Below, piece by piece: positions 53,456 to 55,621 of a stretch of 55,621 bases of DNA; position 1 is the stretch's first letter, and every line of letters begins with the position of its first letter. Position numbers and translations under genes: made by a program. The notes under the pieces were generated by a model. The model had not been told where the DNA came from and made no database searches. It saw only the letters and a list, made by a program, of their open reading frames with translations. Source of the stretch: a virus (taxonomy: Duplodnaviria > Caudoviricetes); the IMG/VR virus record IMGVR_UViG_3300033153_013781, positions 1 through 55,621 of that record, one strand, 5' to 3'.

Positions 53456-55621
53456 ATGTTTAATTTGTCGAAACATGCTCAAGGCACCTTAGATGGTGCC
53501 ATAGAAGGTTTGGGACAAGCAACGGATGGAGCTTCTGATCTCGTAGATTTTAACAAACAAACTGATTTGAGTTCGGACGATTTGTCCCAGGGACTCACAG
53601 AAGATCAAGAAGGGGCAGTATATGATGCTGCCCGCGTTGCTAAATGGAATAAGATAGTTTCTCAAATAGGTGAGATGCCGTCAGAAGTTCTGAGTGCCAT
53701 TGAAAGAATGCCAGAATTTCAGAAATGGCAGCCTAAAGTAGACAATGCTTCAACCATCGCTCCTGAAATGTTGGAAAATGAAGGCATGCAAGGAGCGGAA
53801 ATCCCGCTTGGGGAAGCCGTAGACTTTGATCCAATGGAGCAAATTATTGTAGGAAGAGCGCGTGAATTAAAACGCAAAATTGATGAAAATCAATATCAAC
53901 AAGAAATATGGAACCAACAGGCGTATTCACGAGCTGCTTTTAATCTGAGGCGACATAAAAAAGCCCAAATGCAACCTATGCCTCAGGCTATGCCTCAAAT
54001 GCCGATGCAAATGCCGATGCAAATGCCGATGCAAGAGCCGATGCAAGAGCCGATGCAAGAGCCAGCAGAACGTTTTCCTGTTGCCAATGAGGGCGATTTT
54101 ATTTCTAAGTTTGCTGATGATTTATTGGCATTTAATAATGAGCCTGGAACTCAAGAATATGAAAGAGCTCGAATAGCGGCAGAAGAAATTCGAGCAGCAG
54201 TAAGCCCTGGATTCGAAGAAGAAGCTAACAGTATTATTGAATCCGTAATGCAACTAGATGCTACACAAAGGGATTTAGCTTCAAATTATCTAATTAAGAT
54301 GTATGAGGTTTTAATTCCTCCTGCGTTTACAAGTGATCAAGCTGGATCACAAATGGAGCCAGTTATGAGCGAAAAGAACAAAGACGCAATCGATGGTATT
54401 GTAAGATACAGTCTTACTGATAGCGTTCTTAACAACAATAAAGATGCAATGATGAAAACGGCTGCGGATCAATTTGGTCAGCAGTATCTGCTTTATGGTC
54501 CTACCGAAAAACGAATTTGTCCAAAACTGCGTGGTAAAAATTTGAGTGTAGGAGATGTAGTGTCAGAATACACCTGCCGACATCATTGTGTTGATGGAGT
54601 AGTTATAGATGATAATAAAACAATTTGTGGTGAAGCTTTGTGGCGTGCAAACGCTATGGATAAGTTTTCTCGTGAATACGTGAATGAAAATGGAGATATT
54701 GAAGGGGGCTACATTAACAAGCGATTTGAGGTGAATCGTAACGTTCAAGAAGAAAATAAAATGAGACTTAAGCCGGGAGAGACTCGCAAACCTCGTCCAG
54801 CTGCTTGGGGAAATACTGAGTCTCGTTTACAAGACATGAGATCTAAGGAGGGGCAAACCCGTGATTATCGTCCTAAAACTAATACCGGCGATCCTTTTGA
54901 ATGGTGCCATGATGCTGATCAAAATAACGTCGAAGTAAGTCAGACAGAGCGTGACCGAAGAGAAGAAGCTGCTGGACATAAAACAGTTCAGTATACCAAT
55001 CGTGATCAAGGTGAAAACAATCCTAAAAAAGCCTTTAATATGAAGAATTTTAAAACAGCCCAAACTCCTGTGGCTTATTCTCCACGAGATACACATCAAA
55101 CAGCTGTAAGCCCGTTTGCAGCCGGAACGATTCCTCCTGCGGATATCGAAACCGGACATCAAACTTTTGATTCTGGCAAACCGATGGTTGCTCCGTCTAA
55201 ACCTATGTCACTCGAAGATATGGAAACCGAAAAATATAACTTTGAAGAAGGTCAAGCAAAAGTAAAATCTATGAGCAACATATCTATTTTGTATACCTTA
55301 AAGGACTTGAATGAAGTTGTTAATACACAAGAAGCATCCTCAAAAAGAGGAGCATCAACTCCTAAATTAGGATATTACAATGATGCGCTACACACTCTTG
55401 GAGATGAAATTCGTCAACGTGGTGGTTTGGAAAAAGTACAAGCTTTGGCAGAACAAGAACATCAGCAAAGAAATCAAGGTGTTATTCCAACCGCATCTGG
55501 ATTCAATCTCAAAAATCATAAAAAAGCTGAAAATCCTCAGCCACATACAGTCGCTTTGCCTGATCATGATTATTGGCAACAGCAGCAACCCCAAGATGGA
55601 CACAACCCAGATATGAAACCA
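53456..55621 (+). CDS. large putative virion protein, runs off the window end
   Basis: Not in the ORF track; own reading from MFNLSKHAQ with AAGGGG RBS; same frame carries the motifs at 55031 and 55499 and no stop was seen. Confidence 0.85.
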   Translation, partial: MFNLSKHAQGTLDGAIEGLGQATDGASDLVDFNKQTDLSSDDLSQGLTEDQEGAVYDAARVAKWNKIVSQIGEMPSEVLSAIERMPEFQKWQPKVDNASTIAPEMLENEGMQGAEIPLGEAVDFDPMEQIIVGRARELKRKIDENQYQQEIWNQQAYSRAAFNLRRHKKAQMQPMPQAMPQMPMQMPMQMPMQEPMQEPMQEPAERFPVANEGDFISKFADDLLAFNNEPGTQEYERARIAAEEIRAAVSPGFEEEANSIIESVMQLDATQRDLASNYLIKMYEVLIPPAFTSDQAGSQMEPVMSEKNKDAIDGIVRYSLTDSVLNNNKDAMMKTAADQFGQQYLLYGPTEKRICPKLRGKNLSVGDVVSEYTCRHHCVDGVVIDDNKTICGEALWRANAMDKFSREYVNENGDIEGGYINKRFEVNRNVQEENKMRLKPGETRKPRPAAWGNTESRLQDMRSKEGQTRDYRPKTNTGDPFEWCHDADQNNVEVSQTERDRREEAAGHKTVQYTNRDQGENNPKKAFNMKNFKTAQTPVAYSPRDTHQTAVSPFAAGTIPPADIETGHQTFDSGKPMVAPSKPMSLEDMETEKYNFEEGQAKVKSMSNISILYTLKDLNEVVNTQEASSKRGASTPKLGYYNDALHTLGDEIRQRGGLEKVQALAEQEHQQRNQGVIPTASGFNLKNHKKAENPQPHTVALPDHDYWQQQQPQDGHNPDMKP
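53999..54064 (+). repeat. 12-bp tandem repeat encoding MPMQ/EPMQ
   Basis: ATGCCGATGCAA x3, then GAGCCGATGCAA x2. Confidence 0.9.

Noticed and set aside
54563-55616. Short ORFs listed near the window end
   Set aside because: Explained by the open frame from 53456 that the track omitted for lack of a stop
1-55621. CRISPR array, rRNA, integrase
   Set aside because: No regularly spaced direct repeats, rRNA motifs or recombinase ORF seen

Overview
This AT-rich window most likely comes from a jumbo phage: it holds a terminase large subunit, a class II RNR with two inteins, many free-standing endonucleases and a run of probable virion genes. The csrA, tatA, FliA-type sigma and TIGR03790-like genes hint at a Planctomycetota/PVC host (inference). 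Positions 1-17.4 kb are a minus-strand tRNA array (about 22 conventional or near-conventional tRNA genes) mixed with small ORFs, endonucleases, tRNA fragments and structured RNAs. A smaller plus-strand cluster at 20.9-23.3 kb carries tRNA-Ile2 (with a group I intron), Phe and Lys. The main discovery is that both tRNA operons begin with a sigma70 promoter, a short leader ORF made almost entirely of distinct codons, and an antiterminator/terminator pair. The leader codons largely match the downstream tRNAs, which suggests ribosome-stalling attenuators that sense tRNA shortage. Other highlights: two circularly permuted tRNA-like (YrlA/Y-RNA-like) genes, a 284-nt tRNA-framed pseudoknotted RNA, an RNR intein ending in Gly, a DIP1984-like gene followed by a structured RNA, a synonymously recoded endonuclease insertion, and a shared (FNL..)KxAQ motif in putative virion proteins. 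All calls were made by eye; no searches were run.
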